DNA of 64,000 bases from Acidobacteriota bacterium (GTDB lineage Bacteria > Acidobacteriota > UBA6911 > RPQK01 > JAJDTT01). The notes beneath the pieces were generated by a model that saw nothing but the letters and a program-made list of their open reading frames with translations, had not been told where the DNA came from and did not search any database. A program made the position numbers and the translations under genes. Where the stretch lies: NCBI GenBank assembly GCA_965263035.1, contig OZ253580.1, forward strand, positions 3,392,001 through 3,456,000. The letters run 5' to 3'. Below, piece after piece: positions 1 to 9,869 of the stretch; positions within the stretch are counted from its first letter, which is position 1; each line of letters begins with the position of its first letter.

Positions 1-137
1 ACGCATCCGAGTTGCCTCACCAAGGAAATCCACCCGAAACAGGTAAACAGCCCGAGGCAGAAGTCGTCGCGGCTTTCGATCCACCCTGTGACCCAGTGGA
101 CGGCGTCGTCGCTACGTCACATAATTCGATTGGGAAC

Positions 138-162
138 GGGCAGCCACAAGGGCTGCCCCTAC
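138..162 (-). repeat. REP-like palindrome, GTAG class
   Basis: Minus strand reads GTAG-GGGCAGCC-CTTGT-GGCTGCCC; relatives at 45972, 46026 and 57915. Confidence 0.7.
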
Positions 163-208
163 TCCTCTCCAAGTGACGCAACTGGCGAGATTGCCATCTC
201 CATTCAAA

Positions 209-1822
209 ATGGGGAAACTCTTGCAGATGGTTCTCCGATTCGCCGCGTGTCTTTTCTGCGGCGCAGTGGCCTTCGCTCCGGCCTGCGGTGTCGCGCCGGC
301 GCCCCAACGGCATCAGGACATCGTTCTGCTCGCCATCGACGACCACCTGCTCCCCTTCCGGCGGAACCTCTGCTACTACCTGTCCCGGCCGCGGGTCCGA
401 AAGGAGCCGGTACTGGTGCCCAGTCGCGACGACGCCAATGCGGCCGACCAGTTGGCGGCCCATTTCTACGGTACCGTGATCGTGGACGAGGGCAGATTCC
501 GCATGTGGTACTACCCGGTCCGCTTCGGCGCCCGGACTTCCGAAATGGATATCGGTCCCGCCGGCTACGCCGAGAGCGAGGATGGCATTCATTGGATCAA
601 GCCGTCGCTGAGGCAGGTCTCCATCAAGGGAAATCTGGAAAACAACGCCATCGATTTGGCCGACGATCGAGTCATGGGGGTCACCGTCATCAAGGACGAG
701 GAGGAGACCGATCCCGAACGACGTTACAAGATGGTCTACAATCCCATCGCGGTGAGGGAACGCTGGGCCGAACCCAAGCTGAACGGGGCGGCCCGATCCA
801 CCCTGCGAACTGCCACCAGTCGCGACGGGTTGACCTGGACTGCGAGGCCCGACCTGCCGCTCGACGTTTTCGTCGAGCTCTCCTCCTTCTACAAGCACGA
901 CGGGCTCTTCGTGGCTCACGGCCAGGGAAAGCTGTTCGGGGAGGGTGGAGAGCTGCACGGGCGCCGGGGCTACGCCTGGGTGTCCACCGATTTCGAGCAC
1001 TGGCTGGCGGGCCAGGCCGAGACCTTCGGATTGCCGGAGCCCGGGACCCTGGGTCCAAGGGGAGCCGCCGGGGAGTACGATCAGGTCCACCTGGGCGTCG
1101 GGGGGGCCAGCTACGGCTCGGTGGTGGTGGGACTCTACGGAATCTGGCGCCAAGGCGGCACGGGAGTCGGCGGAACCACCTGCGATCTGGGCTTGGTGGT
1201 GAGCAACGACGGGATCCATTTTCGCGAGCCGGTGAAGAAACACGTCTACATCTCGCGGCACGATTCTCCGGTCACGCCGGTAGCCGGTAAGGACTATCCC
1301 ACGATCCTGTGCCAAGCCAACGGTATTCTGAACGTGGACGACGAGACCTGGATCTATCACGGGCGCTGGCGGAACGCGCCGGTGGGACCCGAATATTATG
1401 GAGAGGTGGCCCTTGCCACCTTGCCTCGTGATCGATGGGGCGCCGTGGGGCTGATTCGGGGAGTCTCCGAGGGCTGGGTCTGGTCGGCGCCCCTCCGCTG
1501 GCCGGAAGGGGGCGCCCAGGTCTACCTGAACGCCGATTTTGCGCCTCAGATGCGGGTCGAGGTGTCCGACGTCGATTTCAATCTGCTTCCCGACTTTTCC
1601 GATGCCAACGCCGGCACGGTTTCCTGTTCCGACGGCACGGGGCGGTTCCGGGAGCGGAACGGGGGGCTCGACTGTTCCGTCGTCTGGCCCGGGGCTCAGC
1701 TTTCAGACTTGGCGGGTCGGCAGGTTCGGCTTCGCGTCCAACTCACGTCGGCGGGAGGCGATCCCAGGCTCTACGCAGTGTATGTGCGCGAGAGCGGGCT
1801 GGTGGAGAAACCCTCCGGATGA
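209..1822 (+). CDS. Secreted or lipoprotein beta-propeller glycoside-hydrolase-like protein (GH32/43/117-like fold)
   Basis: ORF 173..1822, ATG 209 chosen; hydrophobic N-terminus with AFAPAC; motifs GTVIVDEGRFRMWY, YAESEDGIHW, TSRDGLTW, SNDGIHF; TGA overlaps the next ATG (ATGA). Confidence 0.65.
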   Translation: MGKLLQMVLRFAACLFCGAVAFAPACGVAPAPQRHQDIVLLAIDDHLLPFRRNLCYYLSRPRVRKEPVLVPSRDDANAADQLAAHFYGTVIVDEGRFRMWYYPVRFGARTSEMDIGPAGYAESEDGIHWIKPSLRQVSIKGNLENNAIDLADDRVMGVTVIKDEEETDPERRYKMVYNPIAVRERWAEPKLNGAARSTLRTATSRDGLTWTARPDLPLDVFVELSSFYKHDGLFVAHGQGKLFGEGGELHGRRGYAWVSTDFEHWLAGQAETFGLPEPGTLGPRGAAGEYDQVHLGVGGASYGSVVVGLYGIWRQGGTGVGGTTCDLGLVVSNDGIHFREPVKKHVYISRHDSPVTPVAGKDYPTILCQANGILNVDDETWIYHGRWRNAPVGPEYYGEVALATLPRDRWGAVGLIRGVSEGWVWSAPLRWPEGGAQVYLNADFAPQMRVEVSDVDFNLLPDFSDANAGTVSCSDGTGRFRERNGGLDCSVVWPGAQLSDLAGRQVRLRVQLTSAGGDPRLYAVYVRESGLVEKPSG

Positions 1823-4695
1823 GCACCCGGCCTCGGCCGGTTTCGACGGCTAAAGTTGTGCAATTATCCATGGCCATCGGGACGGTGGGAGTGCGGATCT
1901 CCAAATACGTGTTTCTTTTCTTGAGCGTCGCGCTGCCGCTGCTCGTCTTTGCCAGTCTCCAGTCCAGCGTCGCCTCATCTCCGAGTCGGCAGGTGCGGCG
2001 CATCCTCAAGGAGAACTGTCTGGGCTGTCATGGTCCGACTCAAATGGCGGGACTGGATCTGCGGGACAGGGAGACGATTCTCAAGGGAGGCACTCGAGGT
2101 CCGGCTCTGATCCCGGGTGACTCCGGGACCAGTCTGCTCTATCAGGCCGTTGCACACCTGGGGGATCTGCGGATGCCGCCGAATCAGGATCCCCTTTCAG
2201 CGGGAGACGTCGAGACGCTCAGACGTTGGATCGATGCCGGGGCGGACTGGGATCCCGATGCCGCCAGTGAGGAGGCCGGCGGCCCTTGGTGGTTTTTTCG
2301 CAAACCCGAACTCTCGCCGGCACCCGGCACGGAAGACCCAGCTTGGACTCATAACCCGATCGACGCCATCGTGCTGGCCAGGCTGGAGGAACACGGTCTG
2401 ACCCCGGCCCCGGAGGCTCCCAGGTTGACCCTGCTGCGGAGAGCGAAATTCGACCTTCATGGTCTGCCGCCGACAATAGATGAGATCGAGGAATTCCTTT
2501 CGGACACGGCCCCGGGAGCCTTCGCCCGGCTGGTCGATCGCCTGCTGGCCTCTCCCCGATACGGTGAGCGATGGGGGAGGCATTGGCTGGACGTCGCTCG
2601 CTATGCCGACTCGACCGGGCTGGATGAGGATCTGTACCTTCCGGAAGCCTGGCGCTACCGGGATTACGTGATCGACGCGTTCAACGCCGACGTGCCCTAC
2701 GACCGGTTCATCGTCGAGCAGGTAGCGGGCGATCTGCTCGCGCCTGCGACTGCCCATGAGGCCGGCGGCCGGGAGATCGTGGCCACCGGTTTTCTGGCCC
2801 TGGGACCCAAACCGGTGGCTCAACAGGACAAGCTGAGGATGGTCTACGACGTTCTGGACGAACAGATCGACACCCTCACCAAGGCCTTTTTGGGCCTGAC
2901 GGTTGCCTGCGCCCGCTGCCACGACCACAAGTTCGATCCCATAACCACCCGGGACTACTACTCATTGGTCTCCATATTCGCCAGCACCAAGAATTTCGTG
3001 GACGTGGAGCCCAAGGTTTCCGAGATCTACTTTGCGCCACTGGTCTCCCGGGACGAGTATCAACGGTACCGAAGGAGCCGGCGCGCCATCGAAGTCAAGC
3101 AGAAACTGCTCGAGGCGACGGAAGAAATCGCCGTGGCCGCCTTTGTGCGTGACCAACTGCTGCCCCGTTTCGCCGTTTACATGGTGGCGGCCCGGAGGCT
3201 CTTCCAGGGAGGGGAAGACCTGGAAAAGGTGGCCCGGGAGCAGGCCCTGAACCCAGGCATTCTCGGGAGATGGGTGGACTATCTCAACCCGCGCGGTGAT
3301 TTCAGGCCCTATCTGGAGGACTGGCGCCGGGTCGATGATGCGGCTGCGAGCAATCTCGCAACGGAGTACCGAGCCATTTACGAGGATGTCCAAACCCGCT
3401 GGACCCAAGAATTGAAGGCGTGGAAGGATGCGGTTGGCCGGGCCGCATTCAAGGGTGAAAAACTCCCGGTCAAGCCGTCACTCGAGGGACCCGAGTCGGT
3501 GTTCAGCGGGGAGGACGACATGGCCCGATTCTTCGCCGAAGTCACCTACCATGGCGACACTCCATTCGGGAAGCCTTCGATCCGGGGTCCCTTTGCTTTC
3601 CCGGATGAAGAGAGGGACTCGCTCTTGCCTCCGGCGGTGGTAGCCAGCCTGTCTGCCCTCAGGAAGGAGATCCAGGATCTGGAGCAGGCTTCTCCTCCGG
3701 CGCCGCCCATGGCCTGTGCCGTGGCGGAAGGCGAGAGAGTGGATCAGCGAGTGTTGCTCCGCGGCAATCCCAGGGGCCTCGGAGACCCGGTTCCGAAGCA
3801 GTTCCCCGTCGTGCTTGCGGGAGACCGGCAGCCGGTCATTGCCCGGGGCAGCGGCCGCAAGGAGTTGGCCGAGTGGTTGACCCGGCCGGACCATGCGCTC
3901 ACCAGCCGGGTCATGGTGAACCGGATCTGGCAGTGGCACTTTGGTGAGGGCCTGGTTCGCACCCCCAACAATTTCGGGACCACCGGGGAGCCGCCCACGC
4001 ACCCGGAACTGCTCGATACCCTGGCCGTCCGATTCGTCAGGACGGGCTGGTCGATCAAGTCAATGCACCGCCTCATCATGTTGTCGAACACCTACCGGAT
4101 GAGCAGCCGGCGCACTCCGCAAGCGCTCGAAAAGGACCCGGACAATCGGCTCCTCAGCCGCTTCGATCGACGCCGGCTCAGTGTGGAGGAGATGCGTGAT
4201 TCTTTTCTGGCCGTTTCCGGCGCCTTGGATTTGACGATGGGGGGCAAGATTGAAACCACGCTCAAGGGCGACGCATACCCTGACCTGGAGCCAGGCAGGA
4301 TTCGACGCCGGAGCGTCTATTTTCCCTTGATTCGAAACAAGCTGCCGAGTGTCTTGAGGCTTTTCGATTTCGTCGACCCCACCGTCAGCACGGCGCGGCG
4401 AACCGAGACCAACATTGCTCCCCAAGCCTTGTTCATGATGAACAGCGACTTCATTCACCATCAGTCCCGAACGCTTGCGGAATTCCTGCTGGCGTCGAAC
4501 TCGGACGACATGGCGCGGATGGAGCAGGCCTACGGGATCACTCTGGGTCGAAAGCCGGGTCCCGACGAGGCGGAAACCATGTTGGCCTATGTTCGTGACT
4601 ATCCGGGGTCCGGGGATTCCGATCACGAGACCAGTGCTTGGCAGAGTCTCTGCCGGCTGATCATGGGGTCGAACGAGTTTCACTACGTCGAGTAA
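1819..4695 (+). CDS. Planctomycete cytochrome c / PSD1 domain protein (DUF1549 + DUF1553)
   Basis: CLGCH and CARCH heme motifs, NPIDAIVLARL, YGERWGRHWLDVARYADS, RVMVNRIWQWHFGEG, PTHPELLD; start codon uncertain. Confidence 0.92.
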   Translation: MSTRPRPVSTAKVVQLSMAIGTVGVRISKYVFLFLSVALPLLVFASLQSSVASSPSRQVRRILKENCLGCHGPTQMAGLDLRDRETILKGGTRGPALIPGDSGTSLLYQAVAHLGDLRMPPNQDPLSAGDVETLRRWIDAGADWDPDAASEEAGGPWWFFRKPELSPAPGTEDPAWTHNPIDAIVLARLEEHGLTPAPEAPRLTLLRRAKFDLHGLPPTIDEIEEFLSDTAPGAFARLVDRLLASPRYGERWGRHWLDVARYADSTGLDEDLYLPEAWRYRDYVIDAFNADVPYDRFIVEQVAGDLLAPATAHEAGGREIVATGFLALGPKPVAQQDKLRMVYDVLDEQIDTLTKAFLGLTVACARCHDHKFDPITTRDYYSLVSIFASTKNFVDVEPKVSEIYFAPLVSRDEYQRYRRSRRAIEVKQKLLEATEEIAVAAFVRDQLLPRFAVYMVAARRLFQGGEDLEKVAREQALNPGILGRWVDYLNPRGDFRPYLEDWRRVDDAAASNLATEYRAIYEDVQTRWTQELKAWKDAVGRAAFKGEKLPVKPSLEGPESVFSGEDDMARFFAEVTYHGDTPFGKPSIRGPFAFPDEERDSLLPPAVVASLSALRKEIQDLEQASPPAPPMACAVAEGERVDQRVLLRGNPRGLGDPVPKQFPVVLAGDRQPVIARGSGRKELAEWLTRPDHALTSRVMVNRIWQWHFGEGLVRTPNNFGTTGEPPTHPELLDTLAVRFVRTGWSIKSMHRLIMLSNTYRMSSRRTPQALEKDPDNRLLSRFDRRRLSVEEMRDSFLAVSGALDLTMGGKIETTLKGDAYPDLEPGRIRRRSVYFPLIRNKLPSVLRLFDFVDPTVSTARRTETNIAPQALFMMNSDFIHHQSRTLAEFLLASNSDDMARMEQAYGITLGRKPGPDEAETMLAYVRDYPGSGDSDHETSAWQSLCRLIMGSNEFHYVE

Positions 4696-4748
4696 CGGAG
4701 TCTGACGACCGAGACCATCGATCGTCGGAGCGGGGAACCAAAGAAAGA

Positions 4749-6194
4749 ATGGGACCTGCGGCGTCAAGAGCGATTCCACGCCGGGCTTTGCTGCGCCGGG
4801 CGGCGTGCGGATTCGGGGCCCTGAGCCTTTCGGCATTGCTGGCACAAGAAACGAGGCTGTCGGCCACTTCGTCCTCCCACCATCCTCTGGCTCCGAAACC
4901 ACCCCACCTCACTCCTCGCGCCAAGCGGGTGATCTTCCTCTTCATGCACGGCGGACCGTCTCATTTAGATACCTTCGACCCCAAGCCGCGCTTGGAGAAA
5001 GACCACGGGAAGCCGATTCCCTTCAAGCTCTCACTGTCGTTCAACCCGTCCTACAAAGGCGGCCTGATGAAGTCCCCCTGGGGATTCAAGCGTTACGGGC
5101 AAAGCGGCATTCCCGTGAGCGACCTCTTCCCCAGGGTGGGCAAATTGGCGGATGAACTCTGCGTCATCCGTTCCATGGTGAGCGACGGCGTCGACCACGG
5201 CAGCGCCATTCTCCAGATGAACACGGGCACCCTCAACTTCAGCCGCCCGAGCATCGGCTCCTGGGTCCTCTACGGTCTGGGTAGCGAGAATCAGAACCTG
5301 CCGGGATTTATTACCATCAAACCTTCGCTCTATCACGGCGGATCCAAACATTGGGGTTCGGCCTTCCTTCCGGGGGCCTGTCAGGGCATCCCGCTGGGGC
5401 TCGACAAGATACCCTTGCGGGACCTCAGGGACGAGCCCATCGAGCACCTGTTGACCCGGGGAATGACTCGGGAGCAGCAGCGCTACGAATTCGAGATGCT
5501 GCAGAAGATGAACCGGCGACACGCCTTGGAAAGAGATTCCGATCCCAAGCTGGAATCCCGCATCCAGGCCTTCGAGCTGGCCTCACGAATGCAGTTGGAA
5601 GGCCAGGAGGTGTTCGACGTCGACAAGGAATCGGAGGCGACCCGGAAGCTGTATGGTCTCGGCGACAAGACCACCGAAGACTTTGCCTGGCAGTGTCTGT
5701 TGGCTCGGCGGTTGATCGAAAGGGGCGTCCGCTTCGTGCAGTGCTCCCACAGCGCCTACGAGCCCGGCTCGATCCTGTGGGACCAGCACAGCCAGCTCGC
5801 CCGGGTTCACGCCAAGAATGCGCGTGAAGTGGACAAGCCCATCGCCGGGCTGCTGACGGATCTGAAGGCCCGGGGGCTGTTGCAGGACACGCTGGTGTTG
5901 TGGGGCGGCGAGTTCGGCCGCACTCCCTTTGCCGAAGGGGACGGCCGGGACCACAATCCGTACGGATACACCATGTGGATGGCCGGAGGAGGGGTCAAAG
6001 CGGGAACCATCTACGGTGCCACCGACGAGTTTGGCTACCATGCCGTGGAGAACCGGATGCATCTGCACGACCTGCATGCCACCATCCTGCATCTGTTGGG
6101 TCTCGACCACACGAAGCTGACTTACCGGTATGGGGGCCGGGATTTCCGGCTGACCGACGTGCACGGAAGCGTGGCCCACGGAATCATGGCATGA
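4749..6194 (+). CDS. DUF1501 domain-containing protein
   Basis: Tat-like RRALLRRAACGFG, AKRVIFLFMHGGPSHLDTFDPKP, GEFGRTP, GRDHNP, DLHATILHLLG; usual partner downstream of DUF1553. Confidence 0.93.
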   Translation: MGPAASRAIPRRALLRRAACGFGALSLSALLAQETRLSATSSSHHPLAPKPPHLTPRAKRVIFLFMHGGPSHLDTFDPKPRLEKDHGKPIPFKLSLSFNPSYKGGLMKSPWGFKRYGQSGIPVSDLFPRVGKLADELCVIRSMVSDGVDHGSAILQMNTGTLNFSRPSIGSWVLYGLGSENQNLPGFITIKPSLYHGGSKHWGSAFLPGACQGIPLGLDKIPLRDLRDEPIEHLLTRGMTREQQRYEFEMLQKMNRRHALERDSDPKLESRIQAFELASRMQLEGQEVFDVDKESEATRKLYGLGDKTTEDFAWQCLLARRLIERGVRFVQCSHSAYEPGSILWDQHSQLARVHAKNAREVDKPIAGLLTDLKARGLLQDTLVLWGGEFGRTPFAEGDGRDHNPYGYTMWMAGGGVKAGTIYGATDEFGYHAVENRMHLHDLHATILHLLGLDHTKLTYRYGGRDFRLTDVHGSVAHGIMA

Positions 6195-6264
6195 AGTGAT
6201 TCCGATTCGAACTGTCCGTCTTTGTTGAGATGAAGTCAAAGCGATAGAACATGGGAGATTGAGC

Positions 6265-7707
6265 ATGTCGAATGTCCTCTATGCGGGCGCCGCCCGAAGA
6301 ATCATCAACCCGAAGCTCGGAACGAAGCGTCCCGGCCTCCGCTTGTTCGCCGACCCGCTCCAGGCCGTCGAATCGGATCTGTCGGCGACCGCCGTGGTGC
6401 TTTCCAATCAGGCCAGCAAGGTCGTCATCGTCGGCATCGACATCTGCGTCATCTATTTGCCCCTCGCCCTCGACATCCGGCGCCGCATCGGCGAGGCGGT
6501 GGGGACGCCGGCGTCCCATGTCCTGATCAATTTCAATCATACCCACAGCGGTCCGGCACTGCCCGATTTCCTGCCCGACTCGCCCGGGCAAATGAAAATT
6601 CAACGTGCCTATCTGGAGAGGCTCATCGACTGGCTGGTGGAAGCCGCCGTGGATGCCGACCGGTCGTTGCAACCGGCGCGGATCGGGGCGGGCTGGGGTG
6701 AAGCCGATATCGGCATCTACCGGCGGGAGACGGGTCCCGATGGGCGGGACGTGTTGGGGGAGGATCCCAGCGTCCCTATCGATTCGGCCGTCGGCGTCCT
6801 CCGAATCGACGATCTGGAGGGTCGGACCATCGCCACCTGTTTCAGTTACGGCTGCCACACTGTGACCATGGGACCCCGCTCGTCGGTGGTCTCCTCCGAC
6901 TTTCCCGGTCCGGCGCGCGATCTGGTCGAAGACAGTCTGGGCGGGCTGTCCGTCTTCCTGCAGGCCTGCGGCGGAAACGTCAATCCCGTCCACGGAATCG
7001 GCTACGAGGTGGATTGCCGGGACACCAAGAATCGGACCGGACTGATTCTGGGTGCGGAAGTGGTCAAGGTGGCCGCCAACATCCGCACCAACGTCCAGCG
7101 CGCGAAACAGAGGCGGCCCATGGGGGTGATTCCCAATATCCTGTTCTGGCCGTGGGAGCCGGTCGAGGGCGACACGTCGACCTGCCTGGGCGCCGTCGAA
7201 GAGATCATCCAGCTGGAATTCATGGATCTGCCGCCGCTGGCGGAAGCCGAGGCCATCCTTGATGAATGGAGGCGGAAGTTGGCCGACGCCCGGGCCAGCG
7301 ACGCCAGGACATGGGAGATCAGCGTGGCGATGCGCTTTACCGACTGGGCCGAAAAACTGGTCGAGGCCGTGCAAAAGGGGAATCCGCCGTTGGACGCGCT
7401 TATCCAGGCAATTCGCATCAACGACTTCGTTGTGGCCAGCGTCAGTGCTGAAGCCTTCTTTCAAACCGGACAGGAAGTGAAGGCCCGATCGCCCTTCGAG
7501 CATACCCAGTTCCTGGGCTTTTCAAACGGCAGCGTGGCCTACCTGCCCCGTGCCGACGACTATCCCGAGGGCGGCTGGAGTGTTCAGGAGCGCTACCATG
7601 TTCCCGATCTGTTGGCGCAGAGCTACTCGCTGCCGGTGGCTTTCCGCCCGGAAGCCGAGCAGTTCGTTGTGGAGAAGGTGTCCAACTTGATCCGGCAACT
7701 CTCCTGA
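6265..7707 (+). CDS. Neutral/alkaline ceramidase N-terminal-domain family amidohydrolase-like protein
   Basis: NHTHSGP, YGCHTV, SSDFPG and QACGGNVNP motifs. Confidence 0.75.
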   Translation: MSNVLYAGAARRIINPKLGTKRPGLRLFADPLQAVESDLSATAVVLSNQASKVVIVGIDICVIYLPLALDIRRRIGEAVGTPASHVLINFNHTHSGPALPDFLPDSPGQMKIQRAYLERLIDWLVEAAVDADRSLQPARIGAGWGEADIGIYRRETGPDGRDVLGEDPSVPIDSAVGVLRIDDLEGRTIATCFSYGCHTVTMGPRSSVVSSDFPGPARDLVEDSLGGLSVFLQACGGNVNPVHGIGYEVDCRDTKNRTGLILGAEVVKVAANIRTNVQRAKQRRPMGVIPNILFWPWEPVEGDTSTCLGAVEEIIQLEFMDLPPLAEAEAILDEWRRKLADARASDARTWEISVAMRFTDWAEKLVEAVQKGNPPLDALIQAIRINDFVVASVSAEAFFQTGQEVKARSPFEHTQFLGFSNGSVAYLPRADDYPEGGWSVQERYHVPDLLAQSYSLPVAFRPEAEQFVVEKVSNLIRQLS

Positions 7708-7791
7708 AAGGGATCGAAGGAGTATCTGGCGCTCACTTTCGAAGCGGTGCCGGTTGAGTGAGATGTTCGGTTCAACCGGAGGAAGGCAAGA

Positions 7792-8538
7792 ATGAACGGA
7801 AGACTGGCCGGCAAGGTCGTGTTGATCACAGGCGCCGCGGGCGGAATCGGGACGGCCATTGCCCGGGCCGTCACCGCTGAGACCGCTTCGGTGGTGCTCT
7901 GCGACATCAATCTCGAGGGCGCCCGCCGGCTGGCGAGCGAGTTGACGGGGGAAGGGAGGTCGGCGGCCGCCTATGCCCTCGACATCTCCCGGCCCCCGGA
8001 GATCGCCGCCGTGATCGAGGAAGTCGTGAAGCGGCACCAACGCATCGACGTGCTGGTCAACAACGCGGCCATCTGCCCTCGGATCCCATTGGAGGAGGTG
8101 ACCGAGGCGGACTTCGATCGGATCGTCGGAATCAACCTCAAGGGGACCTTCTTCGTGTCACAGGCGGTGTCTCCGGTAATGAGCCGGCAGGGTTCGGGGA
8201 GGATCGTGAACATCAGTTCCGTCGGCGCCCGGACCGGCGGCGTGGCTGCCTCCTCCGTCTATGCCGCCACCAAAGCGGGCATCATCGCCATCACCAAATC
8301 CTATGCCCGGACACTGGCCCCCGGAGTCACCGTGAATGCGATTGCACCCGGAGTCGTCGATACGGACATGATGCGGATTCCGTCGGAGCAGGTAGCGGCC
8401 ATCGTCGACCAGATTCCCCTGGGGAGGCTGGCCGACCCGGAAGAGATCGCCTCCGTCGTCGTCTTCCTGGCCTCGGAACAAGCGTCCTATTTCACCGGAG
8501 CCACCCTCGACGTCAACGGCGGCTGGTTCATGTACTAG
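7792..8538 (+). CDS. Short-chain dehydrogenase/reductase (FabG-like)
   Basis: TGAAGGIG, NNAA, YAATK; RBS GGAGG; the last base of the TAG stop is the first base of the IS630. Confidence 0.92.
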   Translation: MNGRLAGKVVLITGAAGGIGTAIARAVTAETASVVLCDINLEGARRLASELTGEGRSAAAYALDISRPPEIAAVIEEVVKRHQRIDVLVNNAAICPRIPLEEVTEADFDRIVGINLKGTFFVSQAVSPVMSRQGSGRIVNISSVGARTGGVAASSVYAATKAGIIAITKSYARTLAPGVTVNAIAPGVVDTDMMRIPSEQVAAIVDQIPLGRLADPEEIASVVVFLASEQASYFTGATLDVNGGWFMY

Positions 8539-9756
8539 TACCCCGTAACACTTAAAGTTGTGGATACAGGCTCTTCAGCTTGATCCGTGCATCCTCCGTC
8601 TTGAACTGCCAGTCGATCTCGGTTTGCCGTTGGTTCCGATCCGCAACCCAAGCCCCGATCTCACGTTGCATCCCGGCCAGGCTTGGAATCCGGCGGTCCA
8701 GGCATTGTCCGCACAGCGCGCTCAATTCGATTTCTGCAATGTTGAGCCAACTGCCGTGCTTAGGCGTGTAGTGGATTTCCAGTCGTTGTGCCAGTTGGCG
8801 AGCGTGTCGAGGCTCGTAGGTCGCGTACAGCGATTCGATTCCGTGCGGGTTCAGGTTGTCCAAGACCAGGACCACCCGCTCGGCCTCCGGGTATCGCCTC
8901 TCCAACATGCCCTCGATCCACCGGGCCCAATCCTGTCGCGTGCGCCGCTCGCCCGCCTCCACATGGCAGCGGCCGGTCAGTGGCTCCACCTCCAGGAAGA
9001 TCTGCGCGACCCCGTTGCGCACATACTCATGCTCGACTCGCTCCGGCTGGCCGGGCGCGACCGGCAAAGGCTCCCGCACTTCTCCGATCAACTGCTTGTT
9101 GGTCTCGTCCATGCAGACCACCGGACGACGGGGGTCGTACGGACGGGCATAGACTTCTAAAACGTCCTCCATGCAGGCTACGAATGCGGCGCTGCCCCGG
9201 GGCGGGATCCGCCAATACTTCTTCCGATGAGGCTGCAGTTGGTTTTTTTTAGCGTCCGCTGCACCGTCATCACCGACACCCGCTCGACCCAGCCCAGTTC
9301 CACTACTTTCTCCGCCAGCAGGCGCAGGGTCCAGCGCTTCCGTCCTGGCGGGGCCGGGGAGCAGGCCAAGGCGACCAAGCGAGCCTCGAACGCGCCGTCG
9401 AAGATCACTTTCCGCGGCGGCTGCACCCGCCGCTTGCGCTCCAAGGCGAACTCCAAACCCTGCTCCACAAACCGCCGTTTCAAGTGCTCGATCGTGCGGG
9501 CCGAGACGCCCAGCGCCTCGGCCACCCGGGCCACGGTCCATCCCGGCCCTTCCGGCCCGCGGTCGCACAACAACAGCGCCCGCGCGTACAGGAACCGCTT
9601 GCCGGTGGTCTTGGTCGCGGCCCGGGTCAAGGCCTTCAATTCTGAGCGCTCTTCCACAGTGAGCGTGACACGATAGCGTGGTGCCATGAGAACTCCTCGT
9701 TCCGAGTCCTCCAGCCTCCCACCATAGTATACGAACAATTACATGTTATTGGGTAC
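8538..9756 (-). mobile_element. IS630-family insertion sequence, copy 1 (1219 bp)
   Basis: Imperfect terminal IRs GTACCCCGTAACA / TGTTATTGGGTAC; TA duplicated at 8536-8537 and 9757-9758 in a CTAG target; near-identical copy at 30743-31961. Confidence 0.95.
8552..9687 (-). CDS. IS630 transposase (two ORFs joined by a -1 frameshift)
   Basis: ORF A (HTH, ATG 9687) and ORF B (CMDE, LVLDNL, HYTPKHGSWLNIAE); A8 run on the minus strand at 9243-9250. Confidence 0.92.
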
Positions 9757-9765
9757 TAGTAGGGG

Positions 9766-9869
9766 GGAGGGGCGGTTTCCAACCGCCCCCAGGAACGGCT
9801 GTTTCCAACTGCCGATCTCCAGAGTGACATTTTAGTAACGAAGAATGGGCGACTGGAAATCGCCCCTCC
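9766..9869. repeat. REP-like cluster, GGAG class (two direct copies, one inverted)
   Basis: GGAGGGGCGGTTTCCAACCGCCC at 9766, degenerate GGAACGGCTGTTTCCAACTGCCG near 9792, inverted GGGCGACTGGAAATCGCCCCTCC at 9847-9869. Confidence 0.75.

Noticed and set aside
17-1360. 447-aa minus-strand ORF and 400-aa plus-strand ORF 88..1290
   Set aside because: Shadow frames of the beta-propeller gene in GC-rich DNA; no recognisable motifs.
1435-1818. N-terminal extension of the 1086-aa ORF
   Set aside because: Overlaps the upstream gene; the ATGA coupling at 1819 is a better start.
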